This document shows positions 24,401 to 39,887 of a stretch of 64,000 bases of DNA, in pieces. Source of the stretch: Antedon mediterranea (Eukaryota > Animalia > Echinodermata); NCBI RefSeq assembly GCF_964355755.1, contig NC_092679.1, positions 3,192,201 to 3,256,200 of the forward strand, in the 5' to 3' direction. A program made the translations under genes and the position numbers. The notes under the pieces are model-generated. The model saw only the letters and a list, made by a program, of their open reading frames with translations. It was not told the DNA's origin and ran no database searches. Positions within the stretch are counted from its first letter, which is position 1. Each line of letters starts with the position of its first letter.

Positions 24401-25029
24401 GTTTTAAAACTGTATAACTTATCAGCGCGAGCAGAATTGTTCATGTCTAAATAAATGAACATTTTTTGTTTTAAATATTCAGTAATTAGCTCCGATCTAA
24501 GTTGTTTATTTAGTTGTTATTTTGGGCGTGAGAACATGGAGTTAAAAATCGCGTCGTAACGATCTTGAAAAGTTTGTTATTTAGCAGAGCTTGTGTAACA
24601 TTAACAATGTGCTTTGGGCGTGAGAAAGCTTACCTTAAAATAAATGAAAATAATTATATGAACAAAATAATGATTATTATTTATAATAGTATCTAGTGTA
24701 TTATGTAAATAGTATTTATTTCGAGAAATAAAATACATTTTACAAAATATAAAACAAATAAAGGGACGAAATTTAAAAAAAAACACGTCACAGATAGGCC
24801 TGTTATGCCAGCAGCACCAAGTGTACCACAAATGGCTTAATTAAGGTCATGCTTATACCATGGAGCTAATTTTATAGTTCCATGCATATACTAAAGTGTA
24901 CAGCAAACCAGGGGTTCACAAATTAGTTTGACAAAGGCCTATCTGATATTAATATCTCAATTTCTTTTTATTTCGGAAATATCATCCATATTAATAAACT
25001 TATTAACAGAAAAAGAAAAATCTAAACTT

Positions 25030-25345
25030 AAGTATAAAGAATGCTTCTCCATCTACAATAAATTTTGGAGTTATGGAGCATATGTTTGCAAACACAAGCA
25101 ACAAGGATGTTACCACTATTCAACATACGTTGCATGAAACCATAGGTAGATTTTCGCATGTACTCATTAAAGGAAGGGACACCATGTTCAATAAACATTG
25201 CACTGGCACCTACTACTTCTAGAGACATTAAGTATACGGCGCAGAGCATTATTGTAGCATACATTAAGAGATCTAATATTCTTCATACGATAGTTACACC
25301 AAAGGGCTGCACAGTATATTAATACAGTAAGATCTAAAGAGACAA
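25030..25345 (-). mobile_element. Degenerate LINE 3' ORF2 fragment (L2/CR1-group-like)
   Basis: FRSYCINIYCAALWCNYRMKNIRSLNVCYNNALRRILNVSR / ASAMFIEHGVPSFNEYMRKSTYGFMQRMLNSGNILV with one frameshift; typical post-RT region of non-LTR elements. Confidence 0.75.
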
Positions 25346-26335
25346 CATAATATAAAACGTTAGGAATTAAGTACCAAAACGTATAAACATTTAAAATGGT
25401 GAGAATAATTCAGTCTATCATTTCCAAAATCAAATCCTAACTAAATGTATTTTTATTAATATTTATATTACATATTTTTCCCCTCGTTCGTTTTAACATG
25501 GTTTTATAGAATAGTGTACACAATAGAAGATGACCTCTACTGTGTTATAAGTATATTCGGTCCATTAATATTTATTCATAATTATATAAACTTAGTGCAG
25601 TAATGACATATTTGTTAATTGTACAGTGATTTTTATTTGTTATTTACGTTGATGCCTGGAACATCGTTGTATTTTCCTGATTCATCCAGGGGGGTGTTAA
25701 ATAAATCATTTTACATCTCCCTGATTTATCAAACTTTACTCCTAAGTTTCATCATCTATACTAAATACTGTAGGCCTATTATGTATTCATTATACATTAT
25801 TGGTGTATATAATAATAATAATAATAAATAATATATTTATACAGGATAAAACAATCAGATAACAGTGTATCTGTTTTACATTGTGGTCCTGTCATATATA
25901 ATTTCTTTCACGATATTATTTTCGCACCGAGTAGACGTCGATTAATTAAATGTCATGTCGTCATCGTCAGAAACACATTCAAAATAAAAATCTAAATTTT
26001 AAGATCAATTATAAACATTTATTTCTACACTATCCTTTTTACAATATAAATATATATTATATGCATTGAAACTATATTAACAAATAGGCCATAGTTTTTG
26101 TTAAGGAGTTGTCTAAGTTGTCAAAACCAGATGAAAATGTTTAATCATATATATTATAAGGAGTTGTCTATAGTTTTTTTGTGTTCTAAAACTTTTCGCA
26201 AGTCACAAGTTTAAAGCATACTGTAGTAGCTTCTCGTAAATTATAAAACGTTTAAAGTTTGAGTGGCCCTGGTCGTCTGTCTCCTTTGATGGATAGCCTG
26301 AGGAGCTGTCGCCCCGTACGGCGCCGTAGAGATCT

Positions 26336-26927
26336 TCACTGTCCCTGATCACCTGGCCCATCGAAGATTGGAGATCGACAAACTATAAAAAAGAAAATAA
26401 TAACGAGTATAATTTATAATACTGAGAAAGAATTGTTTTGGGAAAAGGATTATTAAAAGAGAAGCTGAGCTAAGTAAGTCTCATTTTTTTTTCAATAGAA
26501 CTATTGAGAAAAATTAGGATATTGAGTTTGCAATGACGTCTTCTTTTTCAAGAGGAGAAATGTGTACTGAAAAATATTTCAGGAAAAAATAATACTTACA
26601 AAGTCGTCCCATTCCAAGTTCAGCTAACAATTCGTCCCCACTGATGGAACCGCACATCACGTAGTCTTCATAGCCCAGGATGTCGTTCAAACTCTCTCCA
26701 CTGAATGTGCTGAAAACATCATCTTCTCTACCATTGGACGACTGGATATCACAAGAACTTGATGATGAAGACGTTGAGTGATGCCTAACTTTATTCTTTA
26801 CATCCATCTCCGATGATTTCTCTATGTCTTCTCTGCATGGTACTGCCCTGGATATGTACCGTAGCTGGCTAGTTGATATGTCGTCTGCATGTTTCTGACC
26901 ATATCTCGTGCAGTTAGCAGAGGCCAT
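26336..26927 (-). CDS. Putative two-exon orphan gene, Ser/Asp-rich small protein (possibly frameshifted)
   Basis: GC-elevated exon 26927-26600 (MASANCTRYGQKH...DELLAELGMGRL) ends at a gtaagt donor; a pyrimidine-rich tttatag acceptor opens exon 2 at 26382; a phase-1 join gives FCRSPIFDGPGDQGQ*. Confidence 0.45.
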
Positions 26928-28356
26928 AATTATTGAGAAACAAGATGAAATTACCGTATATTACGTAGACGTGATTTGTTTTATTTATTTATTATCGATG
27001 TTTGCAGAAAAATATTCAAAATGATAATGATCGATCACGTTCGTTCATCTTAAAGTCACCCTTTTCGGTGATAACACTTTGACCAATCAAAATAGCTGAT
27101 ACGAAAATGCGCCATGGTTCCCGGCGGTGATTGTACCATAAAGGTAGCAAGTTAACAAAAGCCTTATACCCTACTTTGAGGCACCGCCCCTCTGCTGTGA
27201 TCACCATGGGGGTAAACTGGAACGGCGAAAATTATGGAACATGAACAAAATAAGATTATTTCTTTATTTAGACATGGACCTATAAATTCTAGTTTATAGT
27301 CCATGTTTTAGATTTACATATGAGTGGCGCACGCGGCACATAATATAGTTACTGTACAAAAAAAACCAACTAAATATAAAAAAATCATTCATTTATTAAA
27401 AGTTCAATAAAGTTTGCGGTACAATTCTGACGTTTCGATCAATATCCTACTTTGATCATCCTCAAGAGTAAGAATTAATATAAAAATATAGAATACAACT
27501 GTTAAAAGATGGTATATCAATAAAAATGCACATTAAAAGTAGAAAAAGCCCCACACCATTTCAATTTATTTAATACAGACATTTAGATACAGAATATATT
27601 GTTTAAATTTATCTAATTGGGCCTCACATAGTAATAAATTAAAAGGATAGCAGAAATATGTACATTTACTTGAGCCGCCGTGATTTTAAATCATTGCAAA
27701 TAGCCCATGTAGAGTATAAGCAGGGATGTTTACAACTCCCTGGTATAAACCTCTATTCTCAATGCATCTTACAAAAAGTATATTTTAGTGTCCATCATTA
27801 TACAGTATTTTTTTATATTAAAAAAAATCATCAACAAAAATGAAAGATGGCGGTGGTCACTTGAGTTAAAATATTGAAATATTGAACATTTTCAAATGAT
27901 TTCCTCCACCCTATATTGTTACGCAGCAGAATACAATAGTTGTACATTGTAAACCGAATATAAAAACAACTACAATTGGCCTAACACGTCCAAGAGACAG
28001 TTTGTGTCTTATTATTCGGTTTTCTAAGCAGAAACAGCGGCATTGTTAATTCGAACTATAGGCCAGAAATAGTTGACATTTCGCTGTCAATATTAAGGTA
28101 GATGAATTGTACAGTATAACAATGCAAATTCAGGCGTATCAACACATTATATCAATATCATGGGTTTTTAACTTTCTTTTCAAATGTTTTATTCAGCCTA
28201 TGTAATTGTAAGTTAATAAAAACGCAACTCAGATACCATGAAGAAATAATTTAGCTGTAAGTTAAATTATTTCTCCATAGTAATAATATAAAGTATATAT
28301 TTGTTCATTTCTGATTGATAGGACAAACTGTACTGGCGCCCTCTCTATGAATAATG

Positions 28357-28370
28357 GTTTCTATAGTAAC
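28357..28370. promoter_or_regulatory. RFX X-box upstream of SAMD15
   Basis: gtttctatagtaac matches the GTTNCYATRGNAAC X-box, about 100 bp upstream of the ATG. Confidence 0.6.
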
Positions 28371-28471
28371 CAATACGCAGTAACTTTTTTGCCTTGGAAA
28401 ATTTGTTGAGCAAAAAGTCAATCGTGTACGTCGTGTGTGATGAAAATGTAAATAAATAATTATTATTTATA

Positions 28472-29396
<925 letters not shown>

Positions 29397-30036
29397 TGTA
29401 TACAAACATAGTGTTATATATATATATTTTTTAATCTATGTTAAAAAAAAAAAACGAAATATTCAAAGTATTTATAATTGTCATGATTTTTTTGCTATTA
29501 AAATGTTTGTACTGTTGGTGAAAGGATTTTATATTTTGTAAACTAATCATGTATTTTTTATATTGGGAATACAGTATAGGCCTAGGCAGTATTTTGGTAA
29601 ATAGTATTTTAGTGGCTTCAAATGTTTGTATATAAATTTGAAAATAAAGAAATCGCAGAAAAAAAAGAAACATTTGATATAGTACTAGTTGAATCTTTTT
29701 ATTTCACACTTGGTCATCATTTGGCTTAATTTGTATTGTTTATTTGTCATGAGCAAAATTATTAATCTATAATTTATTATTTTTACAGCAGTTATATAGC
29801 CAGCTCCTAGTAAATTATAAAGAAATATTCGAGAAAAAAACCGTGATTTCGTGCTTATTTTCTTACAATTAACAAATGAAAAAAAGGCGTTTATAACAAT
29901 ATAAATCATTGGGTTTAAAAAGAAATAATCGGTACGGCGGCGGTGTATAGCTACTAGTTATACCTCTTTGGTTATACGTACAGTTAGCTAGCTAATCATC
30001 TCTGAGGCTGCGCGTAAACGTGGCCAACTTTTGATC

Positions 30037-33000
30037 ATGGCGAACGAATCAATCGAATCGGTGGAAAGTATCACCCATAAAATAGAAGAAGAAACTAATA
30101 ATATTGATACTACTTCTAAATTAGATACAGAAGCAGAATGGGGATTTCCTCTTAAAGAACTTTACAACATTTGTTTGCGGTTTTACAAAGGTAAGGTTTT
30201 TCAAGCCGGTGATTAGGCTTCCTCCTCCATCTGAGTTTGAGCGGAGATCGTGCCCATTTTGCCGTGTGATGACCAGGTAAACACCGCCTGTGTTGTTCAA
30301 CCGGCAACTTAGCCTAGCATTCATGGGCCTACGGATTTATTTATTGTTTGATTTATTTATGAATAAGCTAGGCCTAGTTTCCCTATATAACATTTATGTA
30401 GGCCTTATTGAATATAGAATAAGGCCTAGCCTAGCTAGTTAGACCTGACTAGCCATGAGAAATTGAGGAAAAACTATTTTTTTAAATTTTTTCCTCCATC
30501 CATCATCATCATTCTAATGATATTTATACTGTATAATGGTGATAAGTGAGGATACTTTTTTGCAGTTACAGCATGCAGGCTCTAGTTAGTAGGCCTGTCG
30601 TAGCAGAATATAGTATTTCTTTAGGCTAGATTCTGGTCAATTATTTACCAATAACAATAGCAATACTCACTGTTATATATTAAAATAGGCCTAGGCTATT
30701 GCTTTAAATGTCATCTCTCAAGTACCCTGTACTACTACTCATAAACAATTATGTTATATATTGTAAAATTTTTTGTTCTAATTAATACTATAATAAAACC
30801 CATGTGATTTTCTATAAATTAATTCTGCCCAGCCTCTCATCTTCTAAGGTAGTTACTAAAGTTGTTAATGCCATGTTACAAAACAACTAAATACATGATG
30901 TTATACATTAGAAAATATCTAGGTACACCCTGTTCATTCTTTAACATATCAACTGCTATTGGTGCAATTTTTTAACTTATGTTAATTTGTAGCCAGGGAA
31001 TGCAGAAATTGTTTTCATTAATTGTACCTCTTGAATGTAGTCATATCATATAATAAATATATAATACATCAATCTCATCTCAGTCCCCGTTAACCCCATA
31101 CAAGAACCAACAAAAACAAACTATATGTTTGAAAAACATTTATTCTGGGCAGGTGCGGCCACACACGCCAACTACCATAACCGTTGCGAAACTTAACAGT
31201 GTGACGTGTTGACCGCGAATGACTAAACATACTCCCTTTCCCACTACACCTGCACAAGCCCATTTGCATAACAACACACGGCATACCAAACCGTGTCGTA
31301 CAACTACGATGAGATATAAATTCTCTTCTAAACACGTAACGAAGAGAATTACTAAATCCCTCTAGAAAATGGTGTGTAAAGTCAGCCTAATGTACTCAAT
31401 AAAGATGATGATAATGATATAGTTGAAAGAAAAAGATCTTTTTAAATAATAAAAAGAAAATACAATCTTGTTGAACACCTCACTCCCTATGAAAGCAGGG
31501 TGATATTTTTTCTTGCTTATTACTAATACATAGCTTAATTAAACATTTAGGTGAAATTTTACTGGGAACGGTTATAGCTTAGTACTGTTGATTTGGATAT
31601 TTACCAGCCCAACAATAACCAAAACTAAATTATGTCGCAAATATTTAATTGAAAATGGTCTAGGCACAGTTTTAATAAGTAAAGATCTGTCTACACTATC
31701 AAACTAGTTTCACAAAAAAGTATGATGTGCCCATATGGACATGATGATGTCATATCACTACCATATTTAAGCATATCACTACCATAATTGGGTGCATCAC
31801 ATTTTTTTTTTGTCAAACTAGTTTGATAGTGTAGACAGAGATTAAGGCTTGTTATCTGGGAACTAATTTTTCAGAGAATAATTTGTTTTAATTTACTACT
31901 GTCTGCAAGCATTTTTTAAATCTCTGTGTTCTCTCAATTTGTCTCAATTTTCCCCTTCATGACAGTTAATCAATTATCATTACAAAATATTGATTAACAA
32001 TACATTATCATCTAATAATGAGTATCATAGAATGAGTAACTGTATACTGCAAGTCTACTTATATAAAAATAATCTCCCTATTTTGAATAATGGTCTAGTC
32101 CAATTTAAGCTGTGTGCATTTTTACTGAGAATATGTAATGTTTTCCTGCATTACAAAGCAGCGGTAAATGACACCACATCCAGTCTGTCAAGGTAACCAT
32201 TTTATCACGTTTAAATATTAATATTTTGGCTGCATTTTTACCTTATTATTTATATCTGCTAATTACAAGGCTTGTGTCTCTTATTTCATATCAGTTTGAA
32301 ATATTTAGTAGGGTATGTTATTGATGTAGGAATCGGTTTTGATAGAGATTTTAGATTTATTTAAATACGGTAAACAAAATGGCTATTGCTGGACCAAAAG
32401 GTTGTTTGATGAAGCTAAGCTGTTTCAGAAAAATATAGGTTTTCAATAATATAATGGAGTAAATTTACTCCTTGATAATATAAAACAAATTAGGTTAATA
32501 AATCTTCGCAATATGTTTTTGTGACATGTTAGAGAAATTATGTTTCTAGATTAATTATGTTTGTAGGATATTTTCCTACCTCCACCATTAGTCTGATGAC
32601 CTTGATAAGTAGGTCATTAAATCATGGAGTAAATTTACTCCATGATTGAATACACCTTTGTCTTGCTTTGATTTGATGTAATAGTCAACCAACCAGTACT
32701 GTAGAGTGATTATGCATTTTAACTTGTCTGCAGCAAAATGATATGTGAATGTTAACAATTAAACAAATTGTATCTATTTATGCCCATTTTGATTTAAGTC
32801 ATTGCGAATATTTAATCCTCTTTAGATTTTATTATTATTTTCACGATTTTGTTTTCCATGTTAAAGAAGTATAATATAAAAAATACATGACAATAAAAGT
32901 GGGAAAAAAAAACATGTTGAAGCGTTTGAGAATCTCAAAATATATTACGTACTTTTTTTTAAATAATTAAGTAGCATTTGAGTTTTTTTTTTAATTTCCC

Positions 33001-36000
33001 ATCTGCTGATAAAATTGTTATAATAATATTTTTAATTGAACTCATTAGTGTGTGTGAGTAAATGATATCATACTGTTACAATGACCTTTTATTTCTGTTG
33101 TTATTGTACACTTAAGTTTAGCCAATACAAATTATCATAGCATAATTTGATTTGGGTAAATCTCACAGTTGGTCTCGCAGCAGAGGAGGTCTCCAGTAGT
33201 TTATATAAATATTAATATTTAAATGATAGCCCATCATCATCTTATTGTGTTAAACGCTTAATTTAATAATGGTGATAAGGTTATTCATTTCAAAAATGAA
33301 TTTGTAGTTTGTGTTTTGAAATCATTATTAGTATACAAATAATGAATGTTTATGAGTGCAATGGTACAAATAATGGCACGAGGTGAATGATGAAAGGTTA
33401 TATCAACGAGGCAAAGCCGAGTTGATATAACCTTTCATCATTCACCAAGTGCCATTATTTGTGCCATTACACGAATACAAAACATTCATTATTTGTTTTA
33501 TATAACATCTAGACGTGTTTTTTTTCGTACACAAAAATGTTTCAAAAAGTACTATTTAACGATCGTTGAATAGTGCGTACTATTGCACGCCATGTGACCC
33601 ACATTCGTCCAATCAAATGACAGGAATTTATATAGGTGTTATATAATATCAGTTATTGAACCATCATGGAAAAATACACAAGGTAAAAGAACTTGTGTAT
33701 ATCGATCTTGAAACCAAATTATGGAAAAAACTTTTAAATGATCACAATCACAAAAGATTTTCACACTTTCAACTTTCAAATTATGCAATCCAAAATGTTA
33801 CGGATTAAGTATAGTATCTTTTACCTTGAATTCCTTCCATTTGTTATACTGAATACTGAAATGCTTTATTTTTCCATCATAAAATAACAACAGAAATTCT
33901 TCTTGAAGATTGACAGTTATTAGTACAATAATAAATAGATATACAATATAATATATTATGTACACACACATAATTGCACAAAAAAATATAAGTTATGAAA
34001 CACGGTGTAAAAATGACAAGGTATTAAAATTGAATAGGATTCAGGAGATTAAAATAGTTTAAAACAGCTTTAAAAGGATTAAAAACAGCTTTAAAAGGAT
34101 TCAAACCATTAGCATGTTCCTAACTAAAACCTTACAATTTATAAATTGCTAAAATTTCAAATAGGCTAAAAAATGTTTAAAACGTTTAAAAATATAAAAA
34201 CATTTTATAAAGTTTCATTGTTTACATAGTCTTGTACAGTATTACATAACATTTTATCGATGGTGACGTGAATTAATTATATGAATAGCATTTGCAACAA
34301 TATACAGTATACTAGGTATGTTTTGTAGTTAGTTACCTTTTTGTAAATGTGTGTGTAAACTGTAATAATGTAAATTACTATGTGCTAGTTGTATTAGAAG
34401 TATTGTTAATGTTCTCTACTGAAACTACAGTACTTTGGAAATCAATGCTTTAGCACTGAAAGTGTCATTCATAATAAAGACAGAATAAATATTAAATGAA
34501 TATACATATGCCATATTATGTTAAGAGTAAGTTTCTATCCTATTTGGATTTGAACAGATTTAAAAGTTTTCTTAATTCTTTCTTTATAGAAAAAGAAGGT
34601 AGCAAAGCTATTAATTTATCATATGAAGACAAATTAAAGTTAGTAGCATACACTCGCCAAGTTTCACACGGAAAATACGACCCTTCAAGTTCTCCTAGTA
34701 TTGGTTATTTTGATGTTGTTGGAAACGATAGAAGGTAAATATGGTAGTGATATGCTCAAATTTGGTAGTGATATGACATCATCATGTCCATATATGGGCA
34801 CATCACATTTTTTTTTACATAAAGTTTTGATAGTGTGGATAGAGCTTAAGGAAAAATTAAATGTGTGTATATATTTTAAATTTTATATAATAAATTTGTC
34901 AACTGCTGGAATTCTTTGAACCATATTCTATATTATATTATTTAATAAATGTAAAAAATACTGTTATTTCACTGAGAAATTGATTATTAATTTTTCTCTT
35001 TTGTAGACGAGAATGGCAAACATTAGGGGATTTATCTCAACAAGATGCTATGCTAGAATTTTGTAAACATTTAAATTTAACCTGTGGAAAATTAAAGCCA
35101 TATCTTGAAGCGCAACGGTGGGAAAAAGAAGAAAAGGAACGTCAAAGGTATGGCATATTTTGCTACATAGTATTCAGGATTTATTTGTGTGTGCTGAACT
35201 AAATAAAATATTTTGTTGGCCATAATATGAATTAAAAAACAGTTATTGACAATTAGTAATTCACTTGTTAATGTCAGTAATTCACTTTTTTATGAACAGT
35301 ATTTATACTAGATCAAAATGTAAACAAATAGAGGGCGCTATAGAATATTATTCATGCATGCAAATTCAACAACAAAAAAAGTTTAATGCTCAATTATCAA
35401 CAAAAAAAAGGACCCATTTTGGGTTGGTCTCGATTGTATAAACAAGTTTTCTAGGCCTAACATGTTAATTTTATATGTAGGAGAGAAGAGGAAGAAGAAA
35501 GAATACGAAAGGAAGAAGAAGAAAAAGAAAGAATTAGACAAGAAGAAGTTAGGAAAAAAGAGGAGGAAGAACGAATAATACAAGAACAACAAAAGTAATT
35601 GAATTTTATTTTCCAGTATTGTTGAAAAAGAAAAATAAACAAATGCTGAATTTTATTATGCATTTTATCATGTATTACCACGGCGGTGTAATGCAATACC
35701 GTGACTTTTGTGGAAACCAGAGCTTTTTTAAAGATATTTACATAAAAATGATTATTTGCATTGCAGGTTACAAATAAAAGAATCAATTTATCAGCAAGTG
35801 TTACCGCAAGTTCAGGCATACGCTGCCCAACAATATCCAAATAATCCACAACAGGTAAGGGAACATTTTATTTAATTTAAATTTAGTTCTCCGAGAAAGC
35901 CTAATACAGGAGCATCATTGTCACACTAACACACCCTACTCTTTTCAAATAGTGTACCAAGTTCTTTATTGCAATGGCTTTATGTCCTATCTGAAGGACG

Positions 36001-38353
36001 AGGTAATGAGAGTAAAATATCTTTAGCATTCATCAGTACCATTGCACTATTGTAGTTCATTTATCACATGATATTTACACTTGATTTTGTGTTCAAAGAT
36101 TCACACTGTTTAAGTGTTGTTCACACTAGCGACGCAACGTAACGCAACACACGCAACGTAAGAAAATGCCCTTCCAATAATTGTAATTGTTTGCCCTGCT
36201 TGCGTGAAATCAAACCTATCACTGCTGCGTTCTCACTTTTGATTATGCAGTACATCGCTGAGTTGCGGGCGTCGTTAGTGGGAACCGCGCAATGTTCACT
36301 TTTTCGTTTTTATATTAACTTCTTAAATTTGTTTTTCTGTATCCAGCAACAAGCTTACATTAGTCAGATACAAGAACATTATTACCAACAATACCTACAA
36401 CAGGTGTATCAGCAACAGCAACAAGGAATGGAAAGCCAACAGCAAAAAATAGCAGGTTCAGGTGAGTGAGCGTTCCATACCTGTGGATTAAATCCACCTG
36501 TTCCTTCTCATATTGGACAAGAGCATTTCATACTATTATGCTACTATACTATCAACTTTTTGTAGGTGGGAAAAACTGTGTTGTACCAGAGGGCATTGTC
36601 ATAATAAAATTAATATTTTTGTAGATGAAAAAAATTATGTTGTACCAGAGGCATTGTCATAGAAAATTAAAGTATTTCTAGATTGAAAAACTGCAAAGTC
36701 ACTAGGCTTCATATAACTTTATTCCAAATTTGTAGTTAAAGGTAGAGATGTGATTTTGAATAATCTTTCTATTTAAATGACAATTTCTTTTAGGTGACAA
36801 TTTACCTGATAGCTTTGCAAATATGAAACTTCAAAATGGACCACCAAATGGGGATCTTTCAACACAACAAACTAGTGATATTGTAGACAGCCGTAAGTAT
36901 AAGACTGTGTCTAATTTAAGCTCCATAAAATAAACTTGCCCTCTCTAGGTCTTTTCTCATGCGAGGCAAAACATACCTCGCTTGCAGGGTATATTCATAG
37001 TAATATTACTAGGTCTTGTGCATGTCTAACTGATGCATAATCTTTGATACATTTGTATGTATCATATGTGACACCTGTATCATCGACTTTAGGCTTAACT
37101 TTAACATTAGGATAATACAGTTGTCATATGTGATACATATGTGACACTGTATACATAATGATAATCTACCTATGATAATTTCCTATGTGAGAATCTTGTT
37201 TTTTATCCCAATTAACCATGACTATGGCCAGTATAAACTGTTAAGCTATGTCTACACTATCAAACTTTATGTGACAAAAATGTGATGTGCCCATATATTG
37301 ACATTCTGTCTGTCATATCACTACCATATGTGGGCATATCACTACCATATTTGGGTACATCACAACCATATTTGGTAGTGTAGACAAAGCTTTAGAATCC
37401 TAGTAATAACATTAATTATTTTGTTCTAAAGTTTCATTAATCAATTATTAGAAAGTATTTTTTCTCATTAAAAATGATTTTAGAACAAACAGTTGCTGAT
37501 GCGTCAATATGGACACGTCCACAAATTAAGGAATTCAAAGAACAATTATCAAAGGACACTGAAGCCGTCATTACAGTGGGTAGGGGAGAAACTGTCACTG
37601 TACGTGTGCCAACTCATGATGAGGGCGCCTGTATATTTTGGGAATTTGCCACCGATAGCTACGATCTTGGGTTTGGATTGTACTTTGAATGGACGGAGGC
37701 ACAAAGCAATGCAATAAGTGTACATGTGAGTGAATCAAGTGACGAAGAGGATGAATTAGAGGAAGAAGGAGGAGGTTAGTGTATCATCATCTATTATCAT
37801 CATTATCTATTTATTATCATCATCTATTTATCATCATCATCATCTATTTATTAATTATCATCTATTTATTATCATCATCTATTTATCATCATCATCATCT
37901 ATTTATTAATTATCATCTATTTATTATCATCATTATCTAGTTATCATCATTATCTAGTTATCATCATCATCTAGTTATCATCATCTAGTTATCATCATCA
38001 TCATCTAGTTATCATCATTATTATCTATTTATCATCATTATCTTTATCAACTCTTTCTTTCACTGTTTTATCCTCAATTTTCCATAAAGATAGGTTCCAT
38101 TCTAATGTTATTTACATTTTTTTTAAACTGTATTATTGCAGAAGGAAAAGGTGATTTAGAAAGTGGAAGCTCAAAAGCAAAAGGACCGCCAATGGACGAG
38201 ATAATACCGATATTCCGTCGGGAATGCCATGAGCAAGTGTTTGCCGGCAGCCATGCTTATCCTGGAAAGGGAATCTACCTTCTTCGATTCGATAATTCAT
38301 ATTCGCTCTTTAGGTCTAAGAAACTGTATTATAGGGTTTATTACTCAAAGTGA
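30037..38353 (+). CDS. ACBD3: Golgi resident protein GCP60 / ACBD3 (ACB, charged, Q-rich and GOLD domains), 452 aa
   Basis: Exons 30037-30190, 34590-34734, 35007-35147, 35481-35594, 35767-35854, 36347-36461, 36794-36892, 37484-37774 and 38142-38353 total 1359 nt in frame. Motifs [51 protein letters not shown] and [19 protein letters not shown]. Confidence 0.96.
31683..31842. mobile_element. PIF/Harbinger-like MITE (same family as 2352)
   Basis: agatctgtctacactatcaaactag ... ctagtttgatagtgtagacagagat, TSD taa/taa. Confidence 0.8.
33336..33648. repeat. Long hairpin repeat (about 75-bp arms) plus a second short inverted pair
   Basis: caaataatgaatgttt...ggttatatcaac-gaggcaaagccga-gttgatataacc...aaacattcattatttg (33336-33495), then ttatataacatcta ... 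taggtgttatataa. Confidence 0.8.
37244..37391. mobile_element. PIF/Harbinger-like MITE (same family as 2352)
   Basis: agctatgtctacactatcaaact ... tagtgtagacaaagct, TSD tta/tta. Confidence 0.8.
37783..38050. repeat. Compound ATC/ATT/ATCT microsatellite in last ACBD3 intron
   Basis: Runs of atcatcatct, attattatc and atctagtt. Confidence 0.9.
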
Positions 38354-39745
38354 TTTCAGTAAAAATTATTTAGGTGATTTTATTATGAAATTCTATCATA
38401 TTTCTAAATAATACATTATTCTGTATTAAAATAACCTGAATTTAGTGTGAAATAAAATGCTGTTTTGATCAGTAACAAAATACTCAGACTGTGTATGAGA
38501 TTTATATAGAAATAAATACAAAATTGAGTAAATGTGTTTTAGAAGTCGGTCAGAATAACCTCGGACAGAGTGAGGGCACACTCTTACCAGATTCATATGA
38601 CAGAGAGTCATGTGACCTGTAGGGCTATCAGAAAATTGTGGTGTAGTTAAAGGGACAGTTGAAAGGTATTTTTTATTGTCCTGTGTAGCATTAAAGGGAT
38701 AGTTTTTTTCTCAAAAGATAATAATATGTTGTTTTTGTATAGTGCTTAATGCTCAAGCTCAAATGCATCACAGATGTGGACCTATATGCTGACTTTAAAA
38801 CTCAACTTGAAAATGGTTAGTTTTTTTGTAAATTTATTGTAAGTACTGATGTTATGGGCAGTGTATATACTTTGGTGCCTTGCCTAGCCGTTGAAAATTC
38901 ATTATAATTAATCTACTAATAACAGCTGTGTTATAAATACTAAAATCCAGCTAATATCGGATGAATTTTTCATAATTATTTGGGTCAAGGAGGTATAAGT
39001 TATTTATCACATTACAGATACTGAAAATAAATACTGTATATCCCCTGGTATTATGCCATTACCTAGAACACACAATTGAACCGACTTTGGGAGTGGGACT
39101 ATACTCGTGGAAATCTGTATCCTCTTGTTTTGTAGAAACCAATATGCCGCACCTCCGCATGACTTGATTGGGTTTGATCGATTGGCTATTGATTATTTGT
39201 TATTGATTATTTGTTATTGATTGGGTTTTGATCACCATGGGAACCTGACAAATGTTGTACAGTGTTTATATTATTTGATGTACAGATGGGATAATTTTCT
39301 TTTTTTAACTGTATTTGAAATTTGGAAAATTCTCATCACATTAGAGACTACTACTACTACACTACTGTGGTTGTCATAGGATGGTCTAATTCTTTTCTAC
39401 ACGTCGACTGTTGATTGATAATTGCGCATAAAATACATAATTAGTATTTTTATTATAAGATGAAGAAGCTTTACAATTTTATTTTCAAAATAGTTATAGA
39501 TATTATATTTATATAAACAAATATTGTTATTTAAAATGTTTAATGTTTTTAATTTCGATTAGTATTATTTTTGTTTTTCCGTTACTTTATTATTATTTAT
39601 TGTTTATTTTTGGGTTATTGTTTTTATTATGTAATGAAATAAATATTTGTTGTTTTTTTGGAACACACACAAAAAGCACAATTACTGTACCGGATTTTGA
39701 TATCCATTATAACTTAAAAGAATTCACATACATTTCAGTTTGAAT

Positions 39746-39887
39746 AAATAAATAATATTCTGCTTTTGTTAGCATTACTTTCTAATAAAATAATATTCTG
39801 CTTTTGTTAGCATTACTTTCTAATAAAATAATATTCTGTCTTTTCTTAGCATTACTTTCTAATAAAATAATATTCTGTCTTTTGTTA
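39746..39887. repeat. Minisatellite, 38-39-bp unit x3.7
   Basis: aataaaataatattctg(t)cttttgttagcattactttct repeated. Confidence 0.9.

Noticed and set aside
31090-31335. GC-richer island and 81-aa minus ORF in ACBD3 intron 1
   Set aside because: No recognisable domain, splice support, TIR or second copy; possibly a repeat fragment or enhancer.
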